Shown piece by piece: positions 40,907 to 49,593 of a stretch of DNA of 64,000 nucleotides. Position 1 is the stretch's first letter. Each line of letters opens with the position of its first letter. Origin of the DNA: Candidatus Bathyarchaeia archaeon (lineage in GTDB: Archaea; Thermoproteota; Bathyarchaeia; Bathyarchaeales; Bathycorpusculaceae); assembly GCA_049521795.1 (NCBI GenBank), contig JBEKOM010000002.1:192001-256000 (forward strand), in the 5' to 3' direction. A model generated the notes under the pieces. That model made no database searches and was not told the DNA's origin. It was given only the letters and a program-made list of their open reading frames with translations. The position numbers were made by a program, and so were the translations under genes.

Positions 40907-42319
40907 TCATGGGAAGTGTTGTAGGAAGTGGTTTCCCAGTATTATCGCGTCTAAGATGTTTACGACGTTGTCGCCGTTGATGTCTGCGTTCGGGTTCCAG
41001 TTTGAACTGCTCGGGTTGGAGAGAAAGGCGTTGCCAAGTTGTATGGCATCCAAAATGTTGACTATGCCGTCGCCGTTGACGTCGCCGGGGATTGTGACTG
41101 ATACGTACGTGCTGGAATTTTTGTCGGCTGTGTTTATGTCGTACGGCAATGGAGTGACGTGGGCTAGTAACGTGTAGTTGCCGTAGCTCAGGGTTGAGGT
41201 GTTCCATGGGAAGGTCAGGGTTTCGCTGCCTCCGCTGATCAAGGCTGTTGTTTGTGTGTCGACGAGGTTTGTGCCGCTTACGTTGCTCACGCTGTAGTAT
41301 AGCGTTACGTTGAACGTTTCTGTGTCTTGGCCATTGTTTTTGAGGGACACGGAGACGTTTATTCCACCCAGCGAGTATTCTATCGGTACTGAGGTTCTGT
41401 AGGGGCTAACACCGGTTGCGGCTATGTCTCTTGTGCCAACGTAGACGCTGAGGCTGATGTTCTTGTCGGATAGGTCCGTTTCGCCCGGAACCAGTGTTGC
41501 TGTGGCGTTCAGTGTATACTCTCCTATGGGCATGGATGTGGTGTCCCACGCATAATATAGGGTTTGACTTCCTCCTGCTGCCAGGTTTAAGACTGTTTGT
41601 GTTCCGATGGGGTTGCTATCGTCGAGTAGGGTCACGTCGAAGGTTTCTGAGACTCCGCCTCTGTTCTCAGCGGTCACGTTGATGTAAGCCATCGAGCCTT
41701 GGGGAATGTTTATCGGAGTTGCCAAGTCGCTTACGGTCACGTGAACGAGTCCTGCGTAGGCCCAGCCGTCGACCGATGTGAAGGAGATCTCGTTCGGCGG
41801 GTGAGCTGAATCTAGGAGCTGGATACCATCCAGGTGCAGGGTTGAGCCTCCGCTGCCTACGACCACGAAGTCGATGGATGCTACGCTTCCGCTTCCGCTT
41901 ACTCCTGTCACGTTTTGTCCAATAATGAAACGAGCATCAGCCAAGAGTATTACGCCGCACGTATCGTTGTAGTTGTTTGTGAAGTTGGCCACGACGAAGA
42001 ATGTGCTGACCCCTTCCTCTTGGAGGAAGGGCCCTTCAGTCGCGTTAGCCTCTAGCGTTATTCCGTCGGATCCTAAATGCGTGCCCAAGTTTAGAACTGC
42101 CTTTTGAAAGAATAGGCTGAATTGCCAACCCCTCAGGTCGGTCACGTTTGAAACCGTTACGTTCACCGTGAAGGCGTCGCCGATGTGTAGGCCAGCGACG
42201 GCGCCAGGCTCAAAGCCAACCATCGTCGTCGGTGACTGAAGCCCTGTTCCTTGGCGGAGAGGAAGCAAAAATGATAAGAATATTGTAACGAGTACTACAA
42301 GAACGACCTTATTCCACAT
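40907..42319 (-). CDS. Cohesin + 2 CARDB + dockerin adaptor protein
   Basis: FTVNVTVSNVTDLRGWQF...EGPFL...SGSGSVASIDF; two CARDB; GDVNGDGIVNILDAI...ADINGDNVVNILDAI; ATG 42319 after GGAG. Confidence 0.88.
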   Translation of the reverse strand: MWNKVVLVVLVTIFLSFLLPLRQGTGLQSPTTMVGFEPGAVAGLHIGDAFTVNVTVSNVTDLRGWQFSLFFQKAVLNLGTHLGSDGITLEANATEGPFLQEEGVSTFFVVANFTNNYNDTCGVILLADARFIIGQNVTGVSGSGSVASIDFVVVGSGGSTLHLDGIQLLDSAHPPNEISFTSVDGWAYAGLVHVTVSDLATPINIPQGSMAYINVTAENRGGVSETFDVTLLDDSNPIGTQTVLNLAAGGSQTLYYAWDTTSMPIGEYTLNATATLVPGETDLSDKNISLSVYVGTRDIAATGVSPYRTSVPIEYSLGGINVSVSLKNNGQDTETFNVTLYYSVSNVSGTNLVDTQTTALISGGSETLTFPWNTSTLSYGNYTLLAHVTPLPYDINTADKNSSTYVSVTIPGDVNGDGIVNILDAIQLGNAFLSNPSSSNWNPNADINGDNVVNILDAIILGNHFLQHFP

Positions 42320-42376
42320 ACGCTCCCGTTCTCTCCTCAATGCTAAATGTACTCTCTGCACATTATTTAAACGCTG

Positions 42377-42391
42377 TGGAACTATCCTCTA
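42377..42391 (-). promoter_or_regulatory. TAGAR-N5-YTCCR operator next to TATA
   Basis: TAGAGgatagTTCCAcagcgTTTAAATA upstream of 42319. Confidence 0.72.
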
Positions 42392-42984
42392 CAGTTTACT
42401 TCTCTTTTTCTTAAAATGATGACTAACAAAGTTGAGACTAAAAACAGTGGTAGAGCCAGGGCGACGGGAAACTCTGGAACCACGGTGACTTCACCGTCGG
42501 CTGAAGTGAGAGGGATTGAAGCTGGGGTTGGGTCGCTGAGTTTTACGTCGTAAAGGTGCAGGATTCTCGGTCCGGTCGTCGCCGTGGATTTGAACGTGGC
42601 TGTTGCCAGGGTTCCGCTTCCATTGACGCCCGGTGAGCTGGTTTCCATGGACAAGCAGACGACGTTTAAGAGGCCGTGTGTAGCGTTGTAGTTGTCTGTG
42701 AAGTTAGCCACTGCAAAGACCGTGGTGCCTCCCTTCTTGAGGAACGGCCCTTCGACCACTTTTGTTCCGTTGAGGACGTCGTTTGGGTAATACAACTTGA
42801 ACTCGTAGGCATATAAGTTCTCGACGTTCTCAACTGTTATGTTTAAGCTGAAGCTAGCGCCTACGTTCGGAACCGTCAGCGATGCTGGGACCACCTTAAC
42901 CGTGGCCTGCTGCGCGGACGTTCGTGTCACAGTCAAACTTGCAAGTGCAAGTGCCATAAAAAGCAACAGCATTTTCCCCTTCAA
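42382..42984 (-). CDS. Single-cohesin anchoring protein with PEF-type C-terminal signal
   Basis: FSLNITVENVENLYAYEF...EGPFLK...NGSGTLATATF; ends VVPEFP+TM+RKR. Confidence 0.88.
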   Translation of the reverse strand: MKGKMLLLFMALALASLTVTRTSAQQATVKVVPASLTVPNVGASFSLNITVENVENLYAYEFKLYYPNDVLNGTKVVEGPFLKKGGTTVFAVANFTDNYNATHGLLNVVCLSMETSSPGVNGSGTLATATFKSTATTGPRILHLYDVKLSDPTPASIPLTSADGEVTVVPEFPVALALPLFLVSTLLVIILRKREVNCRG

Positions 42985-43151
42985 GTGTTGTCAACCCTTA
43001 ACGCTTACAAATGTTCTCGTCACCCAAATAAACTTCGCGTTCCCCATCTGATTTTCAACATGAAAGAGCGATGATCAATATTTAGTTTCTGTGGGTTTTA
43101 AACAAAAAAAAGGAGGTTCGTGACTCTGCTAGTCACTACAGCTTCTGCTTT

Positions 43152-44549
43152 CTACGGATCTTTGAAGTTCTTCGCGACAGCGACGATGTCGAAGATGTCT
43201 ACGTTGGCGCCGTTATATGGCGCGGTGTCATAAAACACGTGCCAGGGCACTGCGTTCCCGTATTGGTCTATTATCAGCATTAGGTCTTTGATGTCAATCG
43301 TGCCGTCTTCGTTAAGGTCGTATTTCTTCGGGTTGAAGAAGTTGCGCATGTCACACGAGTATATCAATGGGAATGTAGATACATAGGCTGGCACGATACC
43401 GTTAGCGAGGACGTCTACGTAGTTGTATTGGACAACAAGTGGATAGTAGTCCGCATATTCTAGGAGCCAAGCCTCGCCTACGCTTATTGAGGTGTTCGCT
43501 ACGGTTGGAAGACCTAAGGGTAAGTCGGGTGAAATCACGGTTAAGTCAATTTCGAACGCTTCTGTCTTTGTGCTGCAGATCAATGGTTTGTCTGGCGGCA
43601 GTGGTCTAATCACAGTAACATTAACATAGTCAAGCGTCCCGATTTCTCCGAACACTACGTTCTCGTAGAAGTAGTTCGCTAGTATCCAGTCTGGACCTAT
43701 CCTCACGTGCTGTATGTCCGTCTCCTTGTATCTCGAGTCCCAGACGAGCTGGATCATGAATCCGAACGCGTGTGTGATGTCGGACAGGTACACTTTGATC
43801 GTGTGCACCACGCCGACGGCTCTTTCAGTCACGACGTATATCGGTGTTCCTGTAGAGTTGTCAAGTATTTGATCGCTGGCGAATAGGTGTATGTCCGACT
43901 GTTTTGAGTAGAGGTAGTAGTTGCCATTGTCAATTTCCGGGGTTAGGGCAACTGGAACTGTTCCGTCTCCGCTCATTGAAACGGAGTGAAGCTCGAACGT
44001 TGAATGGAATACGTCGTTGTAAACGGGTTCGTTGTCAATGTGGAACGTCAGTGTCACTAGCGAAATGTTGTTGGCCACCAGAATGCCGTGGTCCGGGTAC
44101 ACGTCTGTCGCTGCGAAGTGGAAACCATGCTTGTTCATTGCCTGAAGCAGGGTGTCCTGGTATACGACTTGCCAGCCTGTTGGAAGATGAGTCGTGATGC
44201 CCACGAGGGTTATGTAGCTTGTAGTGTTCGCGGCCCAATCGAGGGTGAAGTCGAAAGCGTATACGTCGACCCCGGTTGTGGCGTTGTTGTTCCAGAGTCT
44301 CACGTCAACGGGGAAGTTGGTGCTTACCACGCAGGGACCATAAACTTTCATGTCACTGGTGAAATTGAGATCACCTGAATGGGAACCAGTCCCGTTGTAG
44401 GCTTGCCCAGTGTTGTTCATGTCGACGAACAGAATTGGGTTACCTTGTGGTGGTGGTGGCGGTATTGGCCAGTCAGCGCGTACAATCGATGTGGCTGCTA
44501 CAAGTGGCAGTAGAAGCAGAAGAGCAAATATCAATGCTTTATATTTCAT
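43152..44549 (-). CDS. Secreted protein with divergent cohesin-like domains and a divergent dockerin
   Basis: Signal peptide, poly-Pro, DVYAFDFTLDW and HAFGFMIQLVWD segments; YDLNEDGTIDIKDL...NVDIFDIVAVAKNF. Confidence 0.75.
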   Translation of the reverse strand: MKYKALIFALLLLLPLVAATSIVRADWPIPPPPPQGNPILFVDMNNTGQAYNGTGSHSGDLNFTSDMKVYGPCVVSTNFPVDVRLWNNNATTGVDVYAFDFTLDWAANTTSYITLVGITTHLPTGWQVVYQDTLLQAMNKHGFHFAATDVYPDHGILVANNISLVTLTFHIDNEPVYNDVFHSTFELHSVSMSGDGTVPVALTPEIDNGNYYLYSKQSDIHLFASDQILDNSTGTPIYVVTERAVGVVHTIKVYLSDITHAFGFMIQLVWDSRYKETDIQHVRIGPDWILANYFYENVVFGEIGTLDYVNVTVIRPLPPDKPLICSTKTEAFEIDLTVISPDLPLGLPTVANTSISVGEAWLLEYADYYPLVVQYNYVDVLANGIVPAYVSTFPLIYSCDMRNFFNPKKYDLNEDGTIDIKDLMLIIDQYGNAVPWHVFYDTAPYNGANVDIFDIVAVAKNFKDP

Positions 44550-44620
44550 ATAGTCCTTTCTCCTTCTCCTTTTGCTTATTCAGCAAGTTAGTTAACCACT
44601 TTCTAACTATTTAAGCTTAA

Positions 44621-44635
44621 TGGAAATAAGTTCTA
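44621..44635 (-). promoter_or_regulatory. TAGAR-N5-YTCCR operator next to TATA
   Basis: TAGAActtatTTCCAttaagcTTAAATA upstream of 44549. Confidence 0.75.
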
Positions 44636-44746
44636 TATTGGTTAACTAAGCTTAGAACAGTGCGCCACTCACTTGCTTCTATGAAAAACCAGGGTTTAAC
44701 GTAAGTACATGTTGAGTGTAGAGGGTTGTTCCCAGAGAGCGCGCGC

Positions 44747-44815
44747 TTCGGAACTGCTTTGTTTATACAGTTCTATGTAGCCGCAGCCAACGCAATAGAA
44801 GACTTTAATGTAGTC
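44747..44815 (-). pseudogene. Zinc-ribbon gene fragment (C-terminal half) between two (GC)n tracts
   Basis: Reads DYIKVFYCVGCGYIELYKQSSSE (CxxCGYxELY knuckle); no start codon and no first CxxC. Confidence 0.6.
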
Positions 44816-44969
44816 GCGCGCGCAACTAGCAAAACCTTGAAGCTTCTCGTCTTGTTTTCATGTAGCTGATGATTGGATTGGCAAAGGTGCGCCCAACCCA
44901 TAAATACTAATTGATTTAGGGACAAGCCAGCGCGCGCCATATGCGACGTATAAGCGTGAACGGATGGGG

Positions 44970-45323
44970 CTAAGACGGCGAAGATGAAGGGATGTAACCG
45001 TCTGTCCATACCACAGCGTAGTCGACCTTGAAGCTTGGATTACCTTCCTGTCCATAGACATATTCGGGACATGTCCAGGAACTCTGAGCTATGCCGCTAC
45101 CGTAAACAACAGAACCATTATTGTACATATCGTAATATATGGCACGAAAAGCGTAGCCTGACGGTGGTGGATTGCCGTCCCAAGCAAGATAAGTCTGTCC
45201 TGGATATATCCTCTTTGAATAAGACACGTCCCTTGGCGGGATTATGAAATGAATCACTACTGCCACTGTGACAGTCACTGCTAGAATCACCGCTACGATT
45301 TTACCAACCTTGCGCTCTTTCAT
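44970..45323 (-). CDS. Small exported protein, possibly 3'-truncated
   Basis: Basic N-terminus plus TM, beta-rich remainder; TATA-like TTTATA upstream. Confidence 0.55.
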   Translation of the reverse strand: MKERKVGKIVAVILAVTVTVAVVIHFIIPPRDVSYSKRIYPGQTYLAWDGNPPPSGYAFRAIYYDMYNNGSVVYGSGIAQSSWTCPEYVYGQEGNPSFKVDYAVVWTDGYIPSSSPS

Positions 45324-45625
45324 CTATTCACTTGAGACTAGGCGGCAGGCTGTACTATAAATGTGTTCTGCCAGCTCAACAGGCCTACGCGAAGCAGCTC
45401 CCAGCGAAGAACCGTCCCCGTCATTCGTTACCCTGCAAGACCGATGAAAAGGGTCAAGGACCTCTTCAAAGTTGACAGGAAATTCAGAAGTCACGGACGC
45501 TCAGAACTCAAAAGGGCGTGAAGAGCGCACGCCAGCTCAAGCCGCCCTGAACACTCGCAAACCAGGCTACCCAAGAAGCACCGTAGTCGTAATGTCGTTT
45601 AAAACAGAAAAAGGGGATTGTGGAT

Positions 45626-45740
45626 TTACCAGCGTTTCCTCAACAAACGGCGTGACCCGGCTGCAGCTGCTGCAAGGGCTATTACTAGCAAGGCCAGTGC
45701 AACCCATGGAGTGATGACCTGCACGGTGGTTATCGGAGCG
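45626..45740 (-). pseudogene. Orphan C-terminal anchor of a 46599-type surface protein
   Basis: APITTVQVITPWVALALLVIALAAAAAGSRRLLRKRW matches APINTLMLLAPWIALGLIAAASAVAMYRRLLKKHW; starts at (GC)5; own T-rich terminator. Confidence 0.8.
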
Positions 45741-45748
45741 CGCGCGCC

Positions 45749-46246
45749 TGTCTGGAACACCCTAGGGATGTTATCGGTAACGAAAATGTGCGGAGGGTTT
45801 TCGAAAAGGCGGCAGCAGAACCATTCCAAGACGAGGTGGATGAGAAGTTGGCTGTATGCCTATCCAGAGCTCTAACTCACCTTGGAGATTCTGCCCAGCA
45901 TAGTATAGAACGGAAATGGATGTCAGGAAAGCTTCTCCCGATCCTCTTGAATAATATGAAGAACAGAGACGAGAAAGCTAACGTGTGGTCCATGAAAGAA
46001 GCCGTGAAGACAGCAGGTCTGAGCGAGGAATTAAGATTTCAGGTCAGAAATAAGCTGCTTGAGTTTTGGTTTTCAAAAAAAGTCAAAGCGGACGATAAAG
46101 TTGGTACCGAGGTTTGCAAGCAATTGTCGCGTCTCACCTCAGAAGGCTTGTTTGAGACGGTTAGGGCAAGAATGAAGAGCAAAGATAAAGGGGTCGAAGC
46201 GAAAGCTGAACTTCTTCTGAGGGAACTAGGGAAATGTCTGCTCTAA
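45749..46246 (+). pseudogene. Probably 5'-truncated helical protein gene (ORF track 45788-46246)
   Basis: Frame is open from the (GC)5 tract without SD or promoter; followed by GCGCGC at 46268. Confidence 0.5.
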
Positions 46247-46598
46247 GCTTTAATGAGTAATCAGCATGCGCGCTGAAAAAGCAAGTGATCGAGAGACAGC
46301 TTCAGACTTCCAAAAATAGTATATATACTATCTTGATTGACATAGGACGTTATTCGAAATCTCTACGTGCTTGGAGAGTAGTACATGAATTGATTCGTTG
46401 GACCCCCTCCCACCCCTCTGGTAAAGATGTACGCCAGAACTGCTGACAGTGCAAGCTCAAAATCCTAGATAGACTCACAATTCTCCAATTTGAGATTTAG
46501 AACAAAAAGGAGGAAGAGGTTAATTTGATTAGCGTGCGCACGCACGAGAGCAGCCCTGCTCGGGCGATAAACTTGATAGAAAAAAAGGGATATGAGTT

Positions 46599-48278
46599 TT
46601 ACCAGTGCTTCTTGAGCAAGCGTCGGTACATGGCGACTGCAGAGGCCGCGGCAATGAGTCCTAGAGCAATCCATGGAGCCAGTAGCATAAGCGTGTTTAT
46701 TGGAGCCAGAGTCTGCATTGGGATCGGAGCCCATTCTCCACCGACCTTTGAGTTCCACTTCCAAGTCACTGAGGAAGCTGTGGTTATCGTGAAACTCACG
46801 CTGTTCCCTCCTCCAGAAGCAGGCGCACTTCCAGTTCCAGTCCAGCCGATGCTCGAGTAGATGTTGCTACCCACGAGCACAGGAGATGTAACGGAAGACG
46901 TCACTAGAGTATTAGGGGCGTACCAGCCCGCTCCAGTCGGTGTGTCGTAAGGCGATGTTACAGTCAAGAGGAACTGCTCATTCCAGAAGAACTGTATGGT
47001 GTGAGGTGCGTTTACAGCCGTGAATTTGTAGCTGGTTCCAGCAGTGAGAGCTCCACCATCGATCTTGTAGCCTGTGCATACCCACTCGTGACCGGCTGAA
47101 ACAACGTCCGGACTTGTAACAGAAGCAGTGAAGTCAGTGCCATCGTCAACCCATGCTGAAGCAGTGTATGGCGCGCCATGAGCGCTGTTAACCGTTATGT
47201 ACCATTGAGTCTTCCACTGTGCAATCGCTTCTTTAGCCTTGTCCATTGTTATCGGGTTGCTTTGCAAATAGTTTGTTCCTGAGGCATCCCAAGTCCAAGT
47301 GGTGAAGACGTGTTGTTTTCCAACGCCATCTGGAACTGTTCCAGACGTCAGGCCAGCGTAAGCAGTTGTGCCGTCACCGTACCAGCCCGCGCCAGTAGTA
47401 GTACCGTAAGCAGAAGTGACTTTCAAGTAGTAGTTGGTCGACCCAGTCGCCTGAACACTGTTCCAAGTGATAGTGCCACCGCCGGCGCCAGCACCCCAGT
47501 TGCCAACGAATACAAAGGGCTTCACGTTAGTCCAATCAAAGGTCGGGGCACCTGGGATAACAAAGACGCTTCCCGGAGGAAATGTTGGAAGCCACACCAT
47601 AGCTGGATAGGAAAATGGATCAGTTGTCGCGTAGACCCGAATCAATGGAGTGAAGAGGACATCGCCACTTGCCAAGTAGTGGAACGTCAGTTGCATGTCG
47701 AAAGTGTCGTAGAGTGGGTTCCCGGTGCAGTGGACTCCACCTAATGGCGCGATGACCCCTAGATAGGGGGTGTTGAAGCCTTGTCCGAGAATATTCCCAT
47801 CCCATGGCGTGCTCTTGTTTTCGTACAAGTTGCTTGCTGCATCAGTGTATGCCGTCTGTGTTAGGTAATAATCTGAACCAATGGGTCCTCCACCTCCAGC
47901 GACGAGAAGGCTAGAGAATGCGGAAGATGATGGATTAATCCAAGGCGACCCAAAAGCCGTTTGTTGCGTCACTCCAACCTGTATCCCCGCCACTTCGAGC
48001 GGAGCTGGCCATCCAGCGTAGACACCGGGACCAGGTGTGGGAAACCTGCTCTGTGTCATGTCAATGCCATAAACAGTCACTACCAAGTCTGCCTTTGTAA
48101 CATCGAAACTCACATGTGTGTCATCGTAGATGGTGCCTGAACCACCATCCCATGCTCCAAGTCCTGTTGTAACAGAACCACCCGGAAAAACAACAGTGAT
48201 AGCATGTGCTGCTGGTATAGCTATTACAGCAAATAACATTAGGGACAATAGAACGATAGGAACAATTGTCTTTTTCAC
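46599..48278 (-). CDS. Surface protein with InlB B-repeat-like units and VGG-type C-terminal anchor
   Basis: Signal peptide, repeats of LxVTSxY...GAGWY...W, KVGGEWAPI+TM+RRLLKK. Confidence 0.82.
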   Translation of the reverse strand: MKKTIVPIVLLSLMLFAVIAIPAAHAITVVFPGGSVTTGLGAWDGGSGTIYDDTHVSFDVTKADLVVTVYGIDMTQSRFPTPGPGVYAGWPAPLEVAGIQVGVTQQTAFGSPWINPSSSAFSSLLVAGGGGPIGSDYYLTQTAYTDAASNLYENKSTPWDGNILGQGFNTPYLGVIAPLGGVHCTGNPLYDTFDMQLTFHYLASGDVLFTPLIRVYATTDPFSYPAMVWLPTFPPGSVFVIPGAPTFDWTNVKPFVFVGNWGAGAGGGTITWNSVQATGSTNYYLKVTSAYGTTTGAGWYGDGTTAYAGLTSGTVPDGVGKQHVFTTWTWDASGTNYLQSNPITMDKAKEAIAQWKTQWYITVNSAHGAPYTASAWVDDGTDFTASVTSPDVVSAGHEWVCTGYKIDGGALTAGTSYKFTAVNAPHTIQFFWNEQFLLTVTSPYDTPTGAGWYAPNTLVTSSVTSPVLVGSNIYSSIGWTGTGSAPASGGGNSVSFTITTASSVTWKWNSKVGGEWAPIPMQTLAPINTLMLLAPWIALGLIAAASAVAMYRRLLKKHW

Positions 48279-48355
48279 TTTCTCCCTTTCTCCTTTTATT
48301 TAACTATTACCCTTTCGGGTAAACTAAACTTACGGTTTCTAATATTTAACGTTTA

Positions 48356-48370
48356 TGGAACGCTCTTCTA
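48356..48370 (-). promoter_or_regulatory. TAGAR-N5-YTCCR operator next to TATA
   Basis: TAGAAgagcgTTCCAtaaacgTTAAATA upstream of 48278. Confidence 0.75.
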
Positions 48371-48569
48371 TAGCCGCTCGGTATCTACGTGAGCAAGGCT
48401 TATCAAATGCAAAAAAAAGCGCGCGCGAGACAACGCAAAAAGCCCTTGTTGCCCATGAGCGTGCCGCTGAATCATGAAGACTAGAACCAGAAGAAAGGAT
48501 AGGCCTAAATCAGTGTACGCATCTTTCTTCCAATAGAAGTGAATAGCACGGGAAACGAAGGCTTCTTCA

Positions 48570-49517
48570 GTGAAAAGCGGAAAGACACATAGGACGGAGA
48601 AATCCAGAAAGCGCCTGCTTAGGAAGAGAGTTTCCTACGTCTTCGCCGCCATGGTCGCACTCATACTTGTCGGCGTGCTTGCATACACCTTTCTGAGCCC
48701 CAGAAGCCCAACCATCAATGACAGCACTCCGAAGATCGCCATAGTCGACCAGCTTAGCGCCCAGTGGCCTGACCCAGAGTTCAACCAGACAGTCCAGGGC
48801 ATCTTGAACCAAACAGGCCTCAAAGTCGACTACTACCCAAGCCAAGACGTCACCGTTGATTTCTACCGAAACCTACCATCGCAAAATTACAAACTCATAA
48901 TCTTCAGGGTTCACTCAACAGCTGAAACGGGCGCTAAAGACATGCCGCCATGGGTAGTTTTCTTCACATCAGAAAACTACAGCGGCACAGCCCACGTCTC
49001 GGAGCAATCGGACATGCGAGTCGTGTACGTCAAATTCCCCGATGTTGCGCAGTTGTACTTCGGCATAACCCCAACGTTCGTGGAGAACTCAACGGAAGGA
49101 AAATTCAACGACACAACGATAATAGCCATGGGCTGCGACGGCTTGAATAAGACCAGCATGGCTGAGGCTTTCATTGAAAAGGGAGCAAAAGCCTACATAA
49201 GCTGGAACGGGTTCGTATCAGCAGACCACACGGACGAGGCGACAGAGTGCCTGCTCCGCCATCTCGTCACGGAAAACCAAACCGTTGAAGAGGCCGTGAA
49301 GGAAACCATGAACGAGGTGGGCCCCGACCCGACAGACAAAAGCGTACTGATGTTCTACCCAGACAACGCTGGGCCGAGTTTTCTCCTCCTCAGCGCAGCC
49401 ACGGCCGCTCCAACAGTCATGGCCACTCCTGCAGTCAGCGCGCCCGGTCTCGTCAACGCAACTGTCGCCACCCCGACAGTTAGGACAGCAAGGAAGAACA
49501 CCAACCAAAAAGACTGA
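48570..49517 (+). CDS. Membrane-anchored putative clan CD (CHAT/caspase-like) peptidase; paralog of 14090
   Basis: KIAIVDQL, KLIIFRVHS, LYFGITPTFV, IIAMGCDG, AEAFIEKGAKAYISWNG. Confidence 0.62.
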   Translation: MKSGKTHRTEKSRKRLLRKRVSYVFAAMVALILVGVLAYTFLSPRSPTINDSTPKIAIVDQLSAQWPDPEFNQTVQGILNQTGLKVDYYPSQDVTVDFYRNLPSQNYKLIIFRVHSTAETGAKDMPPWVVFFTSENYSGTAHVSEQSDMRVVYVKFPDVAQLYFGITPTFVENSTEGKFNDTTIIAMGCDGLNKTSMAEAFIEKGAKAYISWNGFVSADHTDEATECLLRHLVTENQTVEEAVKETMNEVGPDPTDKSVLMFYPDNAGPSFLLLSAATAAPTVMATPAVSAPGLVNATVATPTVRTARKNTNQKD

Positions 49518-49539
49518 AACTCGCGCGCGCTAGTTGAAA

Positions 49540-49554
49540 TAGAACTCTATTCCA
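49540..49554 (+). promoter_or_regulatory. TAGAR-N5-YTCCR operator next to TATA
   Basis: TAGAActctaTTCCAtaacccTTATAC upstream of 49594. Confidence 0.72.
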
Positions 49555-49593
49555 TAACCCTTATACTGTCTTTTCTGATTCATACTTGAAAAG

